Assembly: GCA_963708025.1 (NCBI GenBank) | Contig: CAVPSB010000015.1 | Span: forward strand, 224,001 to 288,000 | From: an uncultured Candidatus Rokubacteria bacterium | Lineage (GTDB): Bacteria; Methylomirabilota; Methylomirabilia; Rokubacteriales; DASRDR01 | Direction: 5' to 3' | DNA length: 64,000 nucleotides | In this document: positions 42,624-54,698 of the stretch, piece after piece | Numbering within the stretch: the stretch's first letter is position 1 | Layout of the letters: the number at the start of each line of letters is the position of its first letter | Program-made: the position numbers and the translations under genes | The notes under the pieces: generated by a model | What the model saw: only the letters and a program-made list of their open reading frames with translations | Database searches by the model: none | What the model was told of the DNA's origin: nothing

Positions 42624-42849
42624 CCCCCTTGACGCGACCCGGCGGCTCGGCCGAGGATGAAGCCCCCCGGTCCCTGTCGAACCAGCACGCCCGTCTCCAG
42701 GGGAGCCCGAATGACGTCGGCAAACGGCCCGGTCGCGGTGGAGCGGAACCTCCTCGTTCCGCTGTCGGACGGCGTCGAGCTCGCCGCCGACCTCTACCGG
42801 CCGGAGGCCGGCGGCCCCTGGCCGGCGATCCTCACCTTCATCCCGTACC
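42624..42849 (+). repeat. direct repeat of the cocE upstream region and 5' end (43605-43830)
   Basis: 226-bp near-identical copy encoding MTSANGPVAVERNLLVPLSDGVELAADLYRP...FIPY, then truncated. Confidence 0.9.
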
Positions 42850-42932
42850 TCCATGCCCACTTGCCTTGCGTGATGATTACGGCTCCAGGTATGCATCGCG
42901 GACGATCGGCCGGAGGACCTCGTTGAACTGGG

Positions 42933-43271
42933 TCACGCACTCCCCGGCCAGTCACTACCATTCGGATAGGATGACCAGTCCGTTTGCCCGAAAGCCTCCA
43001 GGAAACGCCGTGTGAACTCCCCGCGAGGAGCTTGCCGGAAGGTCACGCGCAGCACCTTGACCGAGCCCGGACGATCAACAGCCCGCACACTGAGCACGAA
43101 TTCCTCGTCCCGCGTGAAGCACAGGTCGTAGGACTGAGCCACTTCTCGATAGAGGCGGCCGTTGTCGAGACCCTTCAGCCGGAGGCTCGTCACCGAGTCG
43201 ACCTCGTGGCCGAGCCGTCGAAGGGCGACACGGAGCGACTCGGGCATGTTCTCGTCGAGCAAGACCCTCAC
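42933..43271 (-). CDS. DUF5615 PIN-like toxin (VapC45-like)
   Basis: MRVLLDENMP...GHEVDSV...FTRDEEF. Confidence 0.85.
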   Translation of the reverse strand: MRVLLDENMPESLRVALRRLGHEVDSVTSLRLKGLDNGRLYREVAQSYDLCFTRDEEFVLSVRAVDRPGSVKVLRVTFRQAPRGEFTRRFLEAFGQTDWSSYPNGSDWPGSA

Positions 43272-43483
43272 GGGGCCGTGATGCGGTCCGAATGGGCCAG
43301 CTCTTCCAGGGCGCCCTTGATAGCCTCCTCCGTGAGGCTCGGATACTCCTGCACGATCTCCGGGATCGTCATCCCGCAGGCCAGGGTCTCGAGCAGGAAT
43401 TCGATCGAGATCCGGGTCCCCGCGACGCGCGGCTTCCCGCCGAGATGCTCAGGATCGGCGACGATCCACTTCACTGTCTTCAC
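43268..43483 (-). CDS. DUF433 antitoxin (VapB45-like)
   Basis: IVADPEHLGGKPRVAGTRI...GMTIPEIVQEYPSLTEEAIKGAL. Confidence 0.9.
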   Translation of the reverse strand: MKTVKWIVADPEHLGGKPRVAGTRISIEFLLETLACGMTIPEIVQEYPSLTEEAIKGALEELAHSDRITAP

Positions 43484-43691
43484 CCCCTCGAGGTGAGAGT
43501 CTCTGACAATCTACGTTTCGGCTCTGGCCTCGTCCAGTGACCTGACAACCATCGAAAGCGGGTCCCAAGTTGCCGCGATTGTAGCAGAGGCGGCTCGGGC
43601 AGACCCCCCTTGACGCGGCCGGGCGGCTCGGCCGAGGATGAAGCCCTCAGGTCCCTGCCGAATCAGCATGCCCGTCTCCAGGGGAGCCCGA

Positions 43692-45605
43692 ATGACGTCG
43701 GCGAACGGCCCGGTCGCGGTGGAGCGGAACCTCCTCGTTCCCCTGTCGGACGGCGTCGAGCTCGCCGCCGACCTCTACCGCCCGGACGCCGGCGGTCCCT
43801 GGCCGGCGATCCTCACCTTCATCCCGTACCACAAGGACGGGCGGGGCGGCCGCCTGGACGTCGAGGCGGTGAACCGCTACTTCGCCGCCCGCGGCTACGC
43901 GGCGCTCACCGTGGACTTCCGCGGCCTCGGCAACTCGGGCGGGGTGAACCGGCAGCCCTTCGATCCCCAGGAGGCGAAGGACGGCCACGAGGTCGTCGAG
44001 TGGGTGGCGGCCCGGCCGTGGTGCGACGGGAACGTCGGCATGTGGGGCGTCTCCTACGGCGGCATCACCGCGCTGTCGGTGGCCGCGACCCGCCCGCCGC
44101 ACCTCAAGGCGATCGTGCCGATCCACGCCTGCAGCGACATCTATCACGACTTCGTGGCGCCGGGCGGCTGCCGGGGCGGCTTCTGGAACCAGGCCGACTG
44201 GGGGCCGCGCATGGTGGCCTTCAACCTGATGCCGCCCCTCTGGCAGGACCCGGAGCGGCCGCTGGGCGCGGATCTGGGCCGAGCACCTGGAGGCGAACGG
44301 CCCGTGGCTCTTCGCCTGGTGGGAGCACCCGGACTTCGACGACTTCTGGGCCGCTCGCGTGATCCCGGTCGAGCGCATCGAGTGTCCGGCCTTCCTGATC
44401 GGCGGCTGGCGCGACCTCTACGCCGAGGCGACCGTCCGCGACTTCGGCCGGATCCCGGCGCCCCGGCGCCTGCTGATGGGCCCGTGGAAGCACGCCTTCC
44501 CCGACGTGGCGCTCGACGCGCCGGCGGCGGGGCTCCACGAGCTGGAGCGCTGGTGGGAGCGGTGGCTCCGGGGCAAGGACAACGGGGTGATGGCCGAGCC
44601 CGCGGTGACGCTGTACGTCCAGGGCGCGGAGGCCGGCTGGCGTCACGAGGCCGGCTGGCCCTCGCCGCGGGTCGCGCGCACGCCCTGGTACCTCCACGGC
44701 GACGGCGGGCTGTCGGCGACCGCCCCCGCCGCGACGACCAGCCGCTACGCCTACGACGCGACGGTCGGCCTGGCGTCGCTCGGCTGGGACCCCTGGACGA
44801 CGACGCTCGACCCGGCCCTCCCCTACGACCAGGGCGCCGACGACGCGCGCTCGCTCGCCTTCACGTCGGCGCCGCTGGCGGCGCCGCTCGAGCTGGTCGG
44901 GAGCCCCGTCGCCACGCTCGACCTGGCGGCGTCCGCGAGCCCGCTCCGGGTGGTGGCCAAGCTCGGCGACGTCGCGCCGAACGGCCGCTCGACCCTCGTC
45001 GCGCTCGGCTGGCTCGACCTGCGGCCTGCCCCCCGGCGAGCGCGGCCAGGTCGCGGTGCCCCTCCGGGCCACCGCCTACCGGGTCGCCGCCGGCCACCGC
45101 TTGCGGCTCAGCCTGGCCTGCGCCGACTTCCCCCGCATCTGGCCGACCGCGGCACCGGCCGAGCTGAGCGTCTACCACGGCGCCTCGCGCGTCGAGCTCC
45201 CGGTGGCGGCGGCCGGCCCCTCGCTTGCCGGCGCCGGTGTGGGGCCCGCTCCAGCCGGAGTCGCTGAAGGGGCCCGCCGACCTCGGCGGCACCCAGCACT
45301 GGGAGACGCGGCGGGACCTGGGCGCCGACGTCGTGACCCTCGACGCCACCAAGGAAGAGCGCCAGCAGCTCGACGGCTTCACGCGGCTCCACAGCCGCCA
45401 CCACTACCGCGCCAGCGTCAGCGCCCGCCGCCCCGACGCGGCCCGGATGCAGTCGACCACCGAGGTGCGGATCGAGCGCCCGGTGGGGCAGACCGAGCTC
45501 ACCGTCACGACACTCACCACCACGCACCAGGTCGCCGTCACCGCCACGATCACGGTCGACGGCAGCCCGTTCTGGACCCGAACCTGGAATCGTGCGCTTC
45601 CCTGA
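43692..45605 (+). CDS. CocE/NonD family serine hydrolase; several frameshifts
   Basis: DGVELAADLYRP, VDFRGLGNSGG, WCDGNVGMWGVSYGG, GGWRD, MGPWKH, PepX_C-like FTSAPLAAPLELVGSP. Confidence 0.88.
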
Positions 45606-45618
45606 GAGGAGGTTCCCC

Positions 45619-47183
45619 ATGAGCAGCCGGTACCTGCGGTCGCTGGCCTGGCTCCTGGTCGCGGTGGCGCTGGTCGCCGTCCCCGGGACGGACGCCTCGG
45701 CCCAGAAGAAGGGCGGCGTCATCCGCGTCGCCGTCCTCGGCGATCCGCCGACGCTCGACTCGCACTGGACGACCGCCAACTTCGTCGAGGTCATCACCCA
45801 GCACATGTACGAGGGGCTCTACACCCTCGACCAGAGCTACCAGCCGATCCCCGACCTGGCCGACGGCATGCCGGCGGTGAGCGCCGACGGCCTCGTCTAC
45901 ACGATCAAGCTCCGCCAGGGGATCAAGTTCCACAACGGCAAGGAGATGACGAGCGAGGACGTGGTCGCCTCGCTCAAGCGCTGGGGCGGTTACGCGGCCC
46001 AGGCCAAGGCCCTGTGGGCCTCGGTGGAGGACGTGCGGCCGATCCGGGAAGTACGCGGTCGAGCTCCGGCTCAAGGAGAAGGTGGGCATCGTCCTGATCG
46101 CGCTGGCCAACGCCAACAACTTCGGCGCGATCTACCCGAAGGAGATCGCCGAGAAGTACCCGACGCCGAACAAGGTGACCGAGTACATCGGGACCGGCCC
46201 CTACAAGTTCGTCGAGTGGAAGCCGGACAGCCACATCCGCATGGTCCGCTACGACGACTACAAGCCGCGCTCGGAGGCGCCCAACGGCTGGGGCGGGCGG
46301 AAGGTCGCCTACCTGGACGAGATCCGCTGGATCCCGATGCCGGACGTGGCGACCCGGGTCGCCGCGCTGGAGTCGGGCGAGGTGGACTTCGCCGACGACC
46401 TCCAGGCCGACGCGTACGGCCGGATCAAGGAGAACCCGAAGCTCAAGCCCCTGGTCGTCCGGCCGTACACCTGGGCGATCGGCGTCTTCAACAAGAAGGA
46501 AGGCCTGATGACCAACCAGAAGCTCCGCCAGGCCATCCAGGCGGCGATCGACGTCGAGCCGGTGATGAAGGGCGCGGTCGGGAACCCGCTCTTCTACCGG
46601 CTGGACTCCGGGCTCTCCTTCCAGGAGCAGAAGGCCTGGCACTCGACGGTCGGGGCGCCCTGCGTACAACAAGCACGACAAGGACAAGGCCAAGCAGCTC
46701 CTCAAGGAGGCCGGCTACAAGGGCGAGCCGGTCCGGTTCCTCACCACCAAGGAGTACGCCTGGATGTACAACTACGCCCTGGTCACCAAGCAGCAGCTCG
46801 AGGAGCTGGGGATGGTGATCGACCTCCAGGTGGTGGACTGGGCGACGCTCGTCCAGCGGCGGAACAACCCGCAGATGTACGACATCTTCACGACCGGCAT
46901 GTCCTTCGTCCCCGACCCGACCCAGCACCCCTACCTCCGCTGCGACTGGCCGGGCTGGACCTGCGACGAGCAGATCGGCAAGGGGCTGGACGCGATCCGG
47001 CGGGAGCCGGACCCCGCCAAGCGCCGCGCGATCTGGGAGGAGATCCACAAGCGCTTCTACGAGTACGTGCCGGCGATCCGCTACGGCGACATCTTCGGGT
47101 TCCGCGCCATGCAGGCCTCCGTCAAGGGCTTCAACGAGAACATGACGTTCTACCGCTTCTACAACGTCTGGCTCGACAGGTAG
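45619..47183 (+). CDS. ABC substrate-binding protein family 5 (Dpp/Opp-like), paralogue 1; frameshifts near 46045 and 46660
   Basis: Signal peptide, KKGGVIRV, YTIKLRQGIKFHNGKEMTSEDV, IGTGPYKF. Confidence 0.9.
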
Positions 47184-47206
47184 CGGCCGAGCGAGGGAGG
47201 GGAGCC

Positions 47207-48774
47207 ATGAGAGGCAAGACGGCGCTCGCGATCGCGCTGCTCGCGCTGCTGGGGGTCGGCCTCGTCGTGGCGCGCCCGGACTCGCCCAGGCCCCGAAGAA
47301 GGGCGGCGTCCTCCGGGTGGCCAACCTCGGGGAGCCGCCGACGCTCGACGCCCACTGGACGACGGCCACCCTCACCGAGGTGCTGACGAACCACCTCTAC
47401 GAGGGGCTCTATGCCCTGGACGAGGGCTACCGGCCGATCCCCATGCTGGCCGAGGGCATGCCGGCGGTGTCGGCGGACGGCCTGACCTACACGTTCAAGC
47501 TCCGGCAGGGGATCAAGTTCCACAACGGCAAGGAGATGACCAGCGCCGACGTGGTGGCGTCGCTCGTCCGGTGGGGGCAGCAGTCCGTGTACGGGCGCGC
47601 CCTCTACGCGGTGGTCGCCGACACCCGGGCGCCCGACCGCAACACCGTCGAGCTCAAGCTCAAGCAGAAGTACGCCGCCGTCCTGGTGGCGCTGGCCGCT
47701 CCCAACAACTTCGCCGCCGTCTACCCGAAGGAGATCGCCGAGCGTTTCAAGCCCCAGGAGAAGGTGACCGAGTTCGTGGGCACCGGCCCATTCAAGCTCG
47801 CCGAGTGGAAGCCCGACCAGTACATCCGCATGGTGCGCTTCGACGAGTACAAGTCGCGGAGCGAGCCGTCCAACGGCTACGGCGGCGGCAAGACCGTGTG
47901 GGTCGACGAGCTGCGCTGGATCCCGGTGCCGGACGTGGCCACCCGGGTGGCCCAGATGGAGACCGGGGAGCTGGACTTCGCCGACGACCTGAACATCGAC
48001 GCCTTCGAGCGGCTCCAGAAGAGCGCCAGCGCCCGCCCGGTCGTCGCCAAGCCCTACTACTGGCTCGTCGCCGTCCTCAACAAGAAGGAAGGGCTGATGA
48101 CGAACCAGAAGCTCCGCCAGGCCTGGCAGGCGGCGATCGACATCGAGCCGATCATGAAGGCGGTGGCCGGCGGGCGCCCGGAGTTCTACCGGATGGACTC
48201 GGGGCTGGCCTTCGTCGAGAACGCGGTCTGGTACGTCAAGCCGGAGGGCGTGCCCTGGAACGAGCGGAACAAGGAGAAGGCCAAGCGGCTCCTGCAGGAG
48301 GCCGGCTACAAGGGCGAGCCGGTCCGCTTCGTGACGACGCAGGAGTACAAGTGGATGTACGACTTCGCCCTGCTGACCAAGCAGCAGCTCGAGGACGTGG
48401 GGTTCACCATCGACCTCCAGGTGGTCGACTGGGCCACCCTGGTGAAGCGACGCAACAACCCGAAGGAGTACGAGGCCTTCACCACCGGGACCGGGAACTT
48501 CTTCGAGCCCACGGCTTTCACCATCCTCTCCTGCACGTGGCCCGGCTGGACCTGTGACGAGGACATCCAGCGGCTCCTCGCCGAGATGGGGCGGGAGACC
48601 GACCCGAAGAAGCGCTACGCCCTGTGGGTTGACATGCACAAGCTCTTCTACGAGAAGGTGCCGTCGATCCGCTACGGCGACCTGCACGGGCTCCGGGCGG
48701 CCAACCGGAAGCTCCGGGGCTTCAACGAGAAGACGGAGCGGCCGCGCTTCTACAACGTCTGGGTGGACAAGTAG
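47207..48774 (+). CDS. ABC substrate-binding protein family 5, paralogue 2; frameshift near 47290
   Basis: Same motifs; ends PRFYNVWVDK. Confidence 0.9.
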
Positions 48775-48841
48775 CGCTCGGTAGCGACAGACTCCTCTCC
48801 CCCGCCTCGGGGGAGAGGGCCGGGTGAGGGGGGACGTGGCC

Positions 48842-50410
48842 ATGCGCCGTACGCTCTCGATCGCCGCCGCGCTCCTCGGGCTCGTGGTGGCGCTGATCGC
48901 CGTCACCGCGCCACCGGCCGACGCCCAGAAGCGGGGCGGCGTCATCCGGGTCGGCAACCTCGGCGAGCCGCCGGCCCTCGATCCCCACGTGTTGACGACC
49001 GCCCTGGCCGAGACGCTGACCAACCACATCTACGAGGGTCTCTACACGCTCGACGAGAACAACCGCCCGATGCCCATGCTGGCCGAGGGGATGCCGGCCG
49101 TCTCGCGGGACGGGCTCACCTACACCATCAAGCTCCGCTCGGGGATCAAGTTCCACAACGGCAAGGAGCTGACCGCCGACGACGTCGTCGCCTCGCTCGC
49201 CCGCTGGGGCCGGCTGGCCGCGTCCGGGAAGACCCTGTTCGCCCAGGTGGCGGATTTACGTCCGGTGGACCGGTCCACGGTCGAGCTCCGGCTCAAGGAG
49301 AAGTCGCCGGTCGTCGTCCTGACCCTGGCCATCCCGAACAACTTCGCCGCCATCTACCCGAAGGAGATCGCCGAGAAGTACCCGCAGGTCAAGGTGAGCG
49401 AGTACGTGGGAACCGGCCCCTTCCGGGTCGCCGAGTGGAAGCCCGACCAGTACGTCCGCATGGTCCGCTTCGACGACTACAAGCCGCGGAGCGAGCCGGC
49501 CAGCGGGTACGGCGGGGCGAAGGTCGCGTACCTGGACGAGGTCCGCTGGATCCCGGTCCCCGACGTCGCGACCCGGGCGGCCCAGATCGAGACCGGCGAG
49601 CTGGACTTCGCCGACGACCTGAGCCTGGACCAGTACGATCGGCTGGCCCGCAGCCCGAACGTCCGGCCGCTGGTGGCCAAGCCCTACTTCTGGCTCATCG
49701 CCGTCTTCAACAAGAAGGAAGGGCTGATGACCAACCAGAAGCTCCGGCAGGCCTGGCAGGCCGCCATCGACATCGAGCCGATCATGCGGAGCGTGGCCGG
49801 CGGCAAGCCGGACTTCTACCGCCTCGACTCGAGCCTGGTCTTCGCCGAGGTCACCGAGTGGCACACCAAGATCGCCGGGCTGCCGTACAACGAGCGCAAC
49901 CCCGAGAAGGCCAAGCGCCTCCTCAAGGAGGCCGGCTACAAGGGCGAGCCGATCCGGTTCATCACGACGAAGGAGTACAAGTGGATGTACGACTTCGCCG
50001 TCCTGTCCAAGCAGCAGCTCGAGGACGTGGGCTTCGTGATCGACCTCCAGGTGTTGGACTGGGCCACGCTCTCCCAGCGACGCTTCAACCCCAAGGAGTA
50101 CGACGTCTTCACCACCGGGATCGGGATGGGCGCCCAGTACGACCCGATGCACGCGGCCATCCTGAGCTGCACCTGGGCGGGCTGGACCTGCGACGAGGAC
50201 ATCCAGCGGATCCAGCAGGAACTGGGCCGGGAGACCGACCCCAGGAAGCGCTACGCCCTCTGGGAGCAGCAGACGCGCCTCTACTACGAGAAGGTGCCCT
50301 CGATCCGCTACGGCGACCTCCACGGGCTCCGGGCGACGCTGAAGACCGTGAAGGGCCTCAACGAGAAGACCGAGCGCCCCCGCTTCTACAACGTCTGGCT
50401 GGAGAGGTGA
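48842..50410 (+). CDS. ABC substrate-binding protein family 5, paralogue 3
   Basis: Intact ORF with signal peptide and family-5 motifs. Confidence 0.93.
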   Translation: MRRTLSIAAALLGLVVALIAVTAPPADAQKRGGVIRVGNLGEPPALDPHVLTTALAETLTNHIYEGLYTLDENNRPMPMLAEGMPAVSRDGLTYTIKLRSGIKFHNGKELTADDVVASLARWGRLAASGKTLFAQVADLRPVDRSTVELRLKEKSPVVVLTLAIPNNFAAIYPKEIAEKYPQVKVSEYVGTGPFRVAEWKPDQYVRMVRFDDYKPRSEPASGYGGAKVAYLDEVRWIPVPDVATRAAQIETGELDFADDLSLDQYDRLARSPNVRPLVAKPYFWLIAVFNKKEGLMTNQKLRQAWQAAIDIEPIMRSVAGGKPDFYRLDSSLVFAEVTEWHTKIAGLPYNERNPEKAKRLLKEAGYKGEPIRFITTKEYKWMYDFAVLSKQQLEDVGFVIDLQVLDWATLSQRRFNPKEYDVFTTGIGMGAQYDPMHAAILSCTWAGWTCDEDIQRIQQELGRETDPRKRYALWEQQTRLYYEKVPSIRYGDLHGLRATLKTVKGLNEKTERPRFYNVWLER

Positions 50411-50415
50411 CCTCC

Positions 50416-51966
50416 ATGGCACGCAAGCTCAGCCTCCTCACGCTGGCGGTCCTCCTCCTGGCGGTCGGCGCCCCGGCCTCCGCCCAGAAGAAGGGCGGCG
50501 TCCTCCGGGTCGGCATCATCGGCGAGCCGCCGGCCCTCGACGCCCACTGGACCACGGCGACCCTCACGTCCAACATGTCGAACCACCTCTACGAAGGCCT
50601 CTACACCCTGGACGACAACCGGCGCCCCATCCCCATGCTGGCCGAGGGCTTGCCGGTTGTCTCCCGGGACGGCCTGACCTACACCATCAAGCTCCGCCAG
50701 GGCGTGAAGTTCCACAACGGCAAGGAGATGACGTCGGAGGACGTGGTGGCCTCGCTCAAGCGCTGGGGCCAGCAGTCGGTCTACGGGCGGGTGGTGTTCG
50801 CCCAGACCGCCGATCTCACGGCGCCCGACCGGTACACGGTGGAGCTCCGGCTCAAGGAGCGATCGGCCGTGGTGCTGATCTCGCTGGCGGTGCCGGGCAA
50901 CTTCGCCGCCATCTACCCGCGGGAGATCGCGGAGAAATTCAAGCCGCAGGAGAAGATCACCGAGTTTGTCGGGACCGGGCCCTTCAAGTTCGCCGAGTGG
51001 AAGCCCGACCAGTACATCCGGTTCGTCCGCTTCGACGACTACAAGCCTCGGAGCGAGAAGCCCAACGGGTACGGCGGCGGCAAGACGGCGTACGTGGACG
51101 AGATCCGGTGGATCCCGGTCCCGGACGTCGCGACCCGGGTGGCCCAGATCGAGACGGGCGAGCTCGACTTCGCCGAGCAGCTCAACATCGACGCCTACGA
51201 CCGGCTCACCCGGAACGCGAGCGTCAAGCCGGTGGTCGCCAAGCCGGCCTTCTGGCTGGTCGCGGTCTTCAACAAGAAGGACGGCCTGATGACCAACCAG
51301 AAGCTCCGCCAGGCCTGGCAGGCCGCCCTCGACCTCGAGCCGATCATGCGGTCGGTGGCCGGCGGCCGGCGTGAGTTCTACCGGATCGACTGCAGCATCA
51401 TGTTCCAGGAGATGGCGGAGTGGCACGTGAAGCTCCCCGCGATGCCCTGCAACGAGCACAACAAGGAGAAGACGAAGAAGCTCCTGCAGGAGGCCGGCTA
51501 CAAGGGCGAGCCGATCCGGTTCATGACCACCCAGGAGTACAAGTGGATGTACGACTTCGCGCTGCTCTCCAAGCAGCAGCTCGAGGACGCCGGCTTCACG
51601 ATCGACCTGCAGGTGGTGGACTGGGCCACCCTGGTCAAGCGCCGCAACAACTCCAAGGAGTACGACGTCTTCACCACCGGCACCGGGATGTTCTACGACC
51701 CCACCCACCCGGACTTCCTGACCACCACCTGGCCGGGCTGGACGACGGACGAGGAGATCCTGAAGAACCAGGCGGAGCTGGCCCGGGAGACGGATCCCAA
51801 GAAGCGATACGCGATCTGGGAGCAGCAGCACCGGGTGTTCTACGACAAGGTCCCGGTGGCCCGCTACGGCGACCTCCACGGCCTCCACGCCATGCGGAGC
51901 CACCTCAAGGGGTACAACGACCGGCTGGAGTGGATCAGGTTCCAGAACGTCTGGCTCGACAAGTAG
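50416..51966 (+). CDS. ABC substrate-binding protein family 5, paralogue 4
   Basis: MARKLSLL...ASAQKKGGVLRV; family-5 motifs. Confidence 0.93.
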   Translation: MARKLSLLTLAVLLLAVGAPASAQKKGGVLRVGIIGEPPALDAHWTTATLTSNMSNHLYEGLYTLDDNRRPIPMLAEGLPVVSRDGLTYTIKLRQGVKFHNGKEMTSEDVVASLKRWGQQSVYGRVVFAQTADLTAPDRYTVELRLKERSAVVLISLAVPGNFAAIYPREIAEKFKPQEKITEFVGTGPFKFAEWKPDQYIRFVRFDDYKPRSEKPNGYGGGKTAYVDEIRWIPVPDVATRVAQIETGELDFAEQLNIDAYDRLTRNASVKPVVAKPAFWLVAVFNKKDGLMTNQKLRQAWQAALDLEPIMRSVAGGRREFYRIDCSIMFQEMAEWHVKLPAMPCNEHNKEKTKKLLQEAGYKGEPIRFMTTQEYKWMYDFALLSKQQLEDAGFTIDLQVVDWATLVKRRNNSKEYDVFTTGTGMFYDPTHPDFLTTTWPGWTTDEEILKNQAELARETDPKKRYAIWEQQHRVFYDKVPVARYGDLHGLHAMRSHLKGYNDRLEWIRFQNVWLDK

Positions 51967-52119
51967 GCCGGCGCCATCCGACCCCCTTGACGCGAGCCCG
52001 TCACTCGCCGGACGATGGGCACCACCGAGTCGTCGGACCGCTGGACCCGGGACCGGCGCCGAGTGACCGCCGGTCTACGGATGGCGGGACCGCCAGTAGC
52101 CTGAAGGAGTGAGGTGATC

Positions 52120-53685
52120 ATGACATACCGCGACACGCTTCGCGCCCTGCTCGCGCTTCTCGCCGTCGTCGCCCTGCTGGCGGCGGCGCCATTCGCCGCC
52201 GAGGCCCAGAAGAAGGGGGGGACGATCCGGGTCGGCAACCTCGGCGAGCCGCCCACGCTCGACGCCCACTGGACCACGGCCAGCATCACCGAGACCCTGA
52301 CCAACCACATCTACGAGGGGCTCTACACGCTGGACGACGACAACAAGCCCATGCCCATGCTCGCCGAGAGCATGCCGGCGGTCTCCCGGGACGGCCTGAC
52401 CTACACGATCAAGCTCCGGCAGGGGATCAAGTTCCACAACGGCAAGGAGATGACCAGCGAGGACGTGGTCGCCTCCCTCAAGCGCTGGAGCCAGCAGTCG
52501 ATCTACGGCAAGGACCTCTTCGCCTACGTGACCGACCTCCGGGCGGCCGACAAGTACACGGTCGAGCTGAAGCTGAAGGAGAAGGTCGCGATCGTGGTCA
52601 TCAACCTGGCGGTGTCCAACAACTTCGCGGCCATCTACCCGAAGGAGATCGCCGAGAAGTTCAAGCCCCAGGACAAGGTCACCGAGTACGTCGGCACCGG
52701 CCCCTTCAAGCTCGTCGAGTGGAAGCCGGACCGCTACATCCGGATGGTGCGCTTCGACGACTACAAGCCGCGGAGCGAGAAGCCGAGCGGCTACGGCGGC
52801 GCCAAGATCGCCTATGCGGACCAGATCGACTGGATCCCGGTGCCGGACGTGGCCACCCGGGTGGCCCAGATGGAGACCGGGGAGCTGGAGTTCGCCGACG
52901 ACCTGAACGCCGACGCCTACGACCGGCTCCAGAAGAGCGAGCGGGCCCGGCCGGTCATCTCCAAGATGTACTACTGGCTGGTCGCCGTCCTGAACAAGAA
53001 GGAAGGGCTGATGACCAACCAGAAGCTCCGCCAGGCCTGGCAGGCGGCGCTCGACATCGAGCCGATCATGAAGACGGTGGCCGGCGGCCGGGCCGAGTTC
53101 TACCGGATGGACTACAACCTGATCCACCGGGAGCTGGCCGCCTGGCACGTCACCATGTCGGGGCTGCCCTTCAACGAGCACAGCAAGGAGAAGACCAAGA
53201 AGCTCCTGCAGGAGGCCGGCTACAAGGGCGAGCCGATCCGCTTCATGACGACCCAGGAGTACAAGTGGATGTACGACTTCGCCCTGGTGTCGAAGCAGCA
53301 GCTGGAGGACGCCGGCTTCACGATCGACCTCCAGGTGGTGGACTGGGCGACCCTGGTGAAGCGCCGCAACAACCCCAAGGAGTACGACGCCTTCACCACC
53401 GGCATCGGGCCCCAGTACGATCCCACCAATTCCAACGTGCTCTCCTGCAGCTGGCCGGGCTGGACCTGCGACGAGGAGATCCAGCGGATCAAGACCGAGA
53501 TGATCCGCGAGACCGACCAGAAGAAGCGCTTCGCCCTGTGGGAGCAGATGCACAAGGTCTTCTACGAGAAGGTGCCGGTCATCCGCTACGGCGACCTGTT
53601 CGGCCTCCGGGCCGCCTCCAAGCGGCTCAAGGGCTTCAACGAGAAGACCGAGCGGATCCGCTTCTACAACGTGTCCCTCGAGTGA
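52120..53685 (+). CDS. ABC substrate-binding protein family 5, paralogue 5
   Basis: Intact ORF with signal peptide and family-5 motifs. Confidence 0.93.
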   Translation: MTYRDTLRALLALLAVVALLAAAPFAAEAQKKGGTIRVGNLGEPPTLDAHWTTASITETLTNHIYEGLYTLDDDNKPMPMLAESMPAVSRDGLTYTIKLRQGIKFHNGKEMTSEDVVASLKRWSQQSIYGKDLFAYVTDLRAADKYTVELKLKEKVAIVVINLAVSNNFAAIYPKEIAEKFKPQDKVTEYVGTGPFKLVEWKPDRYIRMVRFDDYKPRSEKPSGYGGAKIAYADQIDWIPVPDVATRVAQMETGELEFADDLNADAYDRLQKSERARPVISKMYYWLVAVLNKKEGLMTNQKLRQAWQAALDIEPIMKTVAGGRAEFYRMDYNLIHRELAAWHVTMSGLPFNEHSKEKTKKLLQEAGYKGEPIRFMTTQEYKWMYDFALVSKQQLEDAGFTIDLQVVDWATLVKRRNNPKEYDAFTTGIGPQYDPTNSNVLSCSWPGWTCDEEIQRIKTEMIRETDQKKRFALWEQMHKVFYEKVPVIRYGDLFGLRAASKRLKGFNEKTERIRFYNVSLE

Positions 53686-53707
53686 TCCCGGACTGACGCC
53701 GAGCCAC

Positions 53708-53740
53708 GACGGGGCCGCCCCAGCCGGGGCGGCCCCCGTT
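53708..53740 (+). terminator. GC-rich stem-loop between the last SBP and the permease
   Basis: ACGGGGCCGCCCC-AGCC-GGGGCGGCCCCCGT, weak U tail; attenuator or mRNA stabiliser. Confidence 0.5.
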
Positions 53741-53747
53741 CCTCGCC

Positions 53748-54693
53748 GTGACGACGTATCTGATCCGTCGCCTGGTGGCGCTGATCCCCGTGATGGCGGT
53801 GGTCGTCACCATCGTCTTCTTCATCATCCACCTGATCCCGGGGGACCCGGTGAGCGTCATGCTGGGACCGGACGCCACCACCTCGCAGATCGACGAGACC
53901 CGGAAGGCGATGGGGCTGGACCGGCCGCTCCACGAGCAGCTCCTGCTCTTCTACACCCGCATCCTGAAGGGCGACCTCGGGCGCTCGTACTTCCTGGACC
54001 GGCCGGTCACCACCGCGCTGTGGGAGCGGGCCGAGCCGACCATCGTGCTGACGCTGACCTCGCTGTTCGTGGCGGTGGTCATCGGGGTGCCGTCCGGCAT
54101 CGTCGCCGCCGCCTACCCCGGCTCGGCCTGGGACCGCATCGCTCATGATGGGGGCGCTCCTCGGCGTCTGCATCCCGGGGTTCTGGCTGAGCCTCAACTT
54201 CATCTACCTGTTCGCCGTCCGGCTCGGCTGGCTGCCGGCCGCCGGCTACGCCTCGCTCTTCGACGACCCGTGGGCGGCGCTGCGCTACATGGTCATGCCG
54301 GCCGTCTCGCTGGGCTTCAGCCAGTCGGCGCTGATCGCGCGCATCAGCCGGTCGTGCATGCTCGAGGTCCTGCAGCAGGACTACGTCCGGACCGCCCGGG
54401 CCAAGGGGCTGTCCCAGGGGGTGGTGGTCTACGTCCACGCGTTCCGGAACGCCCTGGTCCCCGTGGTGGCGGTCATCGGCATCACGCTGGCCATCCTGAT
54501 CGGCGGCGCGGTGGTGGTGGAGATCGTCTTCAACATCCCGGGGCTGGGGCGGCTCATCATCTCGGCCATCCTCCGCCGCGACTACCCGGTCGTGCAGGGG
54601 GTGGTGCTGGTGACGGCGGCGGCGTACGTGCTGATCAACCTGGCCGTCGACATGGTCTATGCGTTCATCGACCCCCGGATTCGTTACGACTGA
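53748..54693 (+). CDS. ABC permease, DppB/OppB-like; frameshift near 54142
   Basis: YLIRRL, LIPGDPV, GDLGRSY, QDYVRTARAKGL, RDYPVVQG, IDPRIRY. Confidence 0.92.
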
Positions 54694-54698
54694 GCGCC

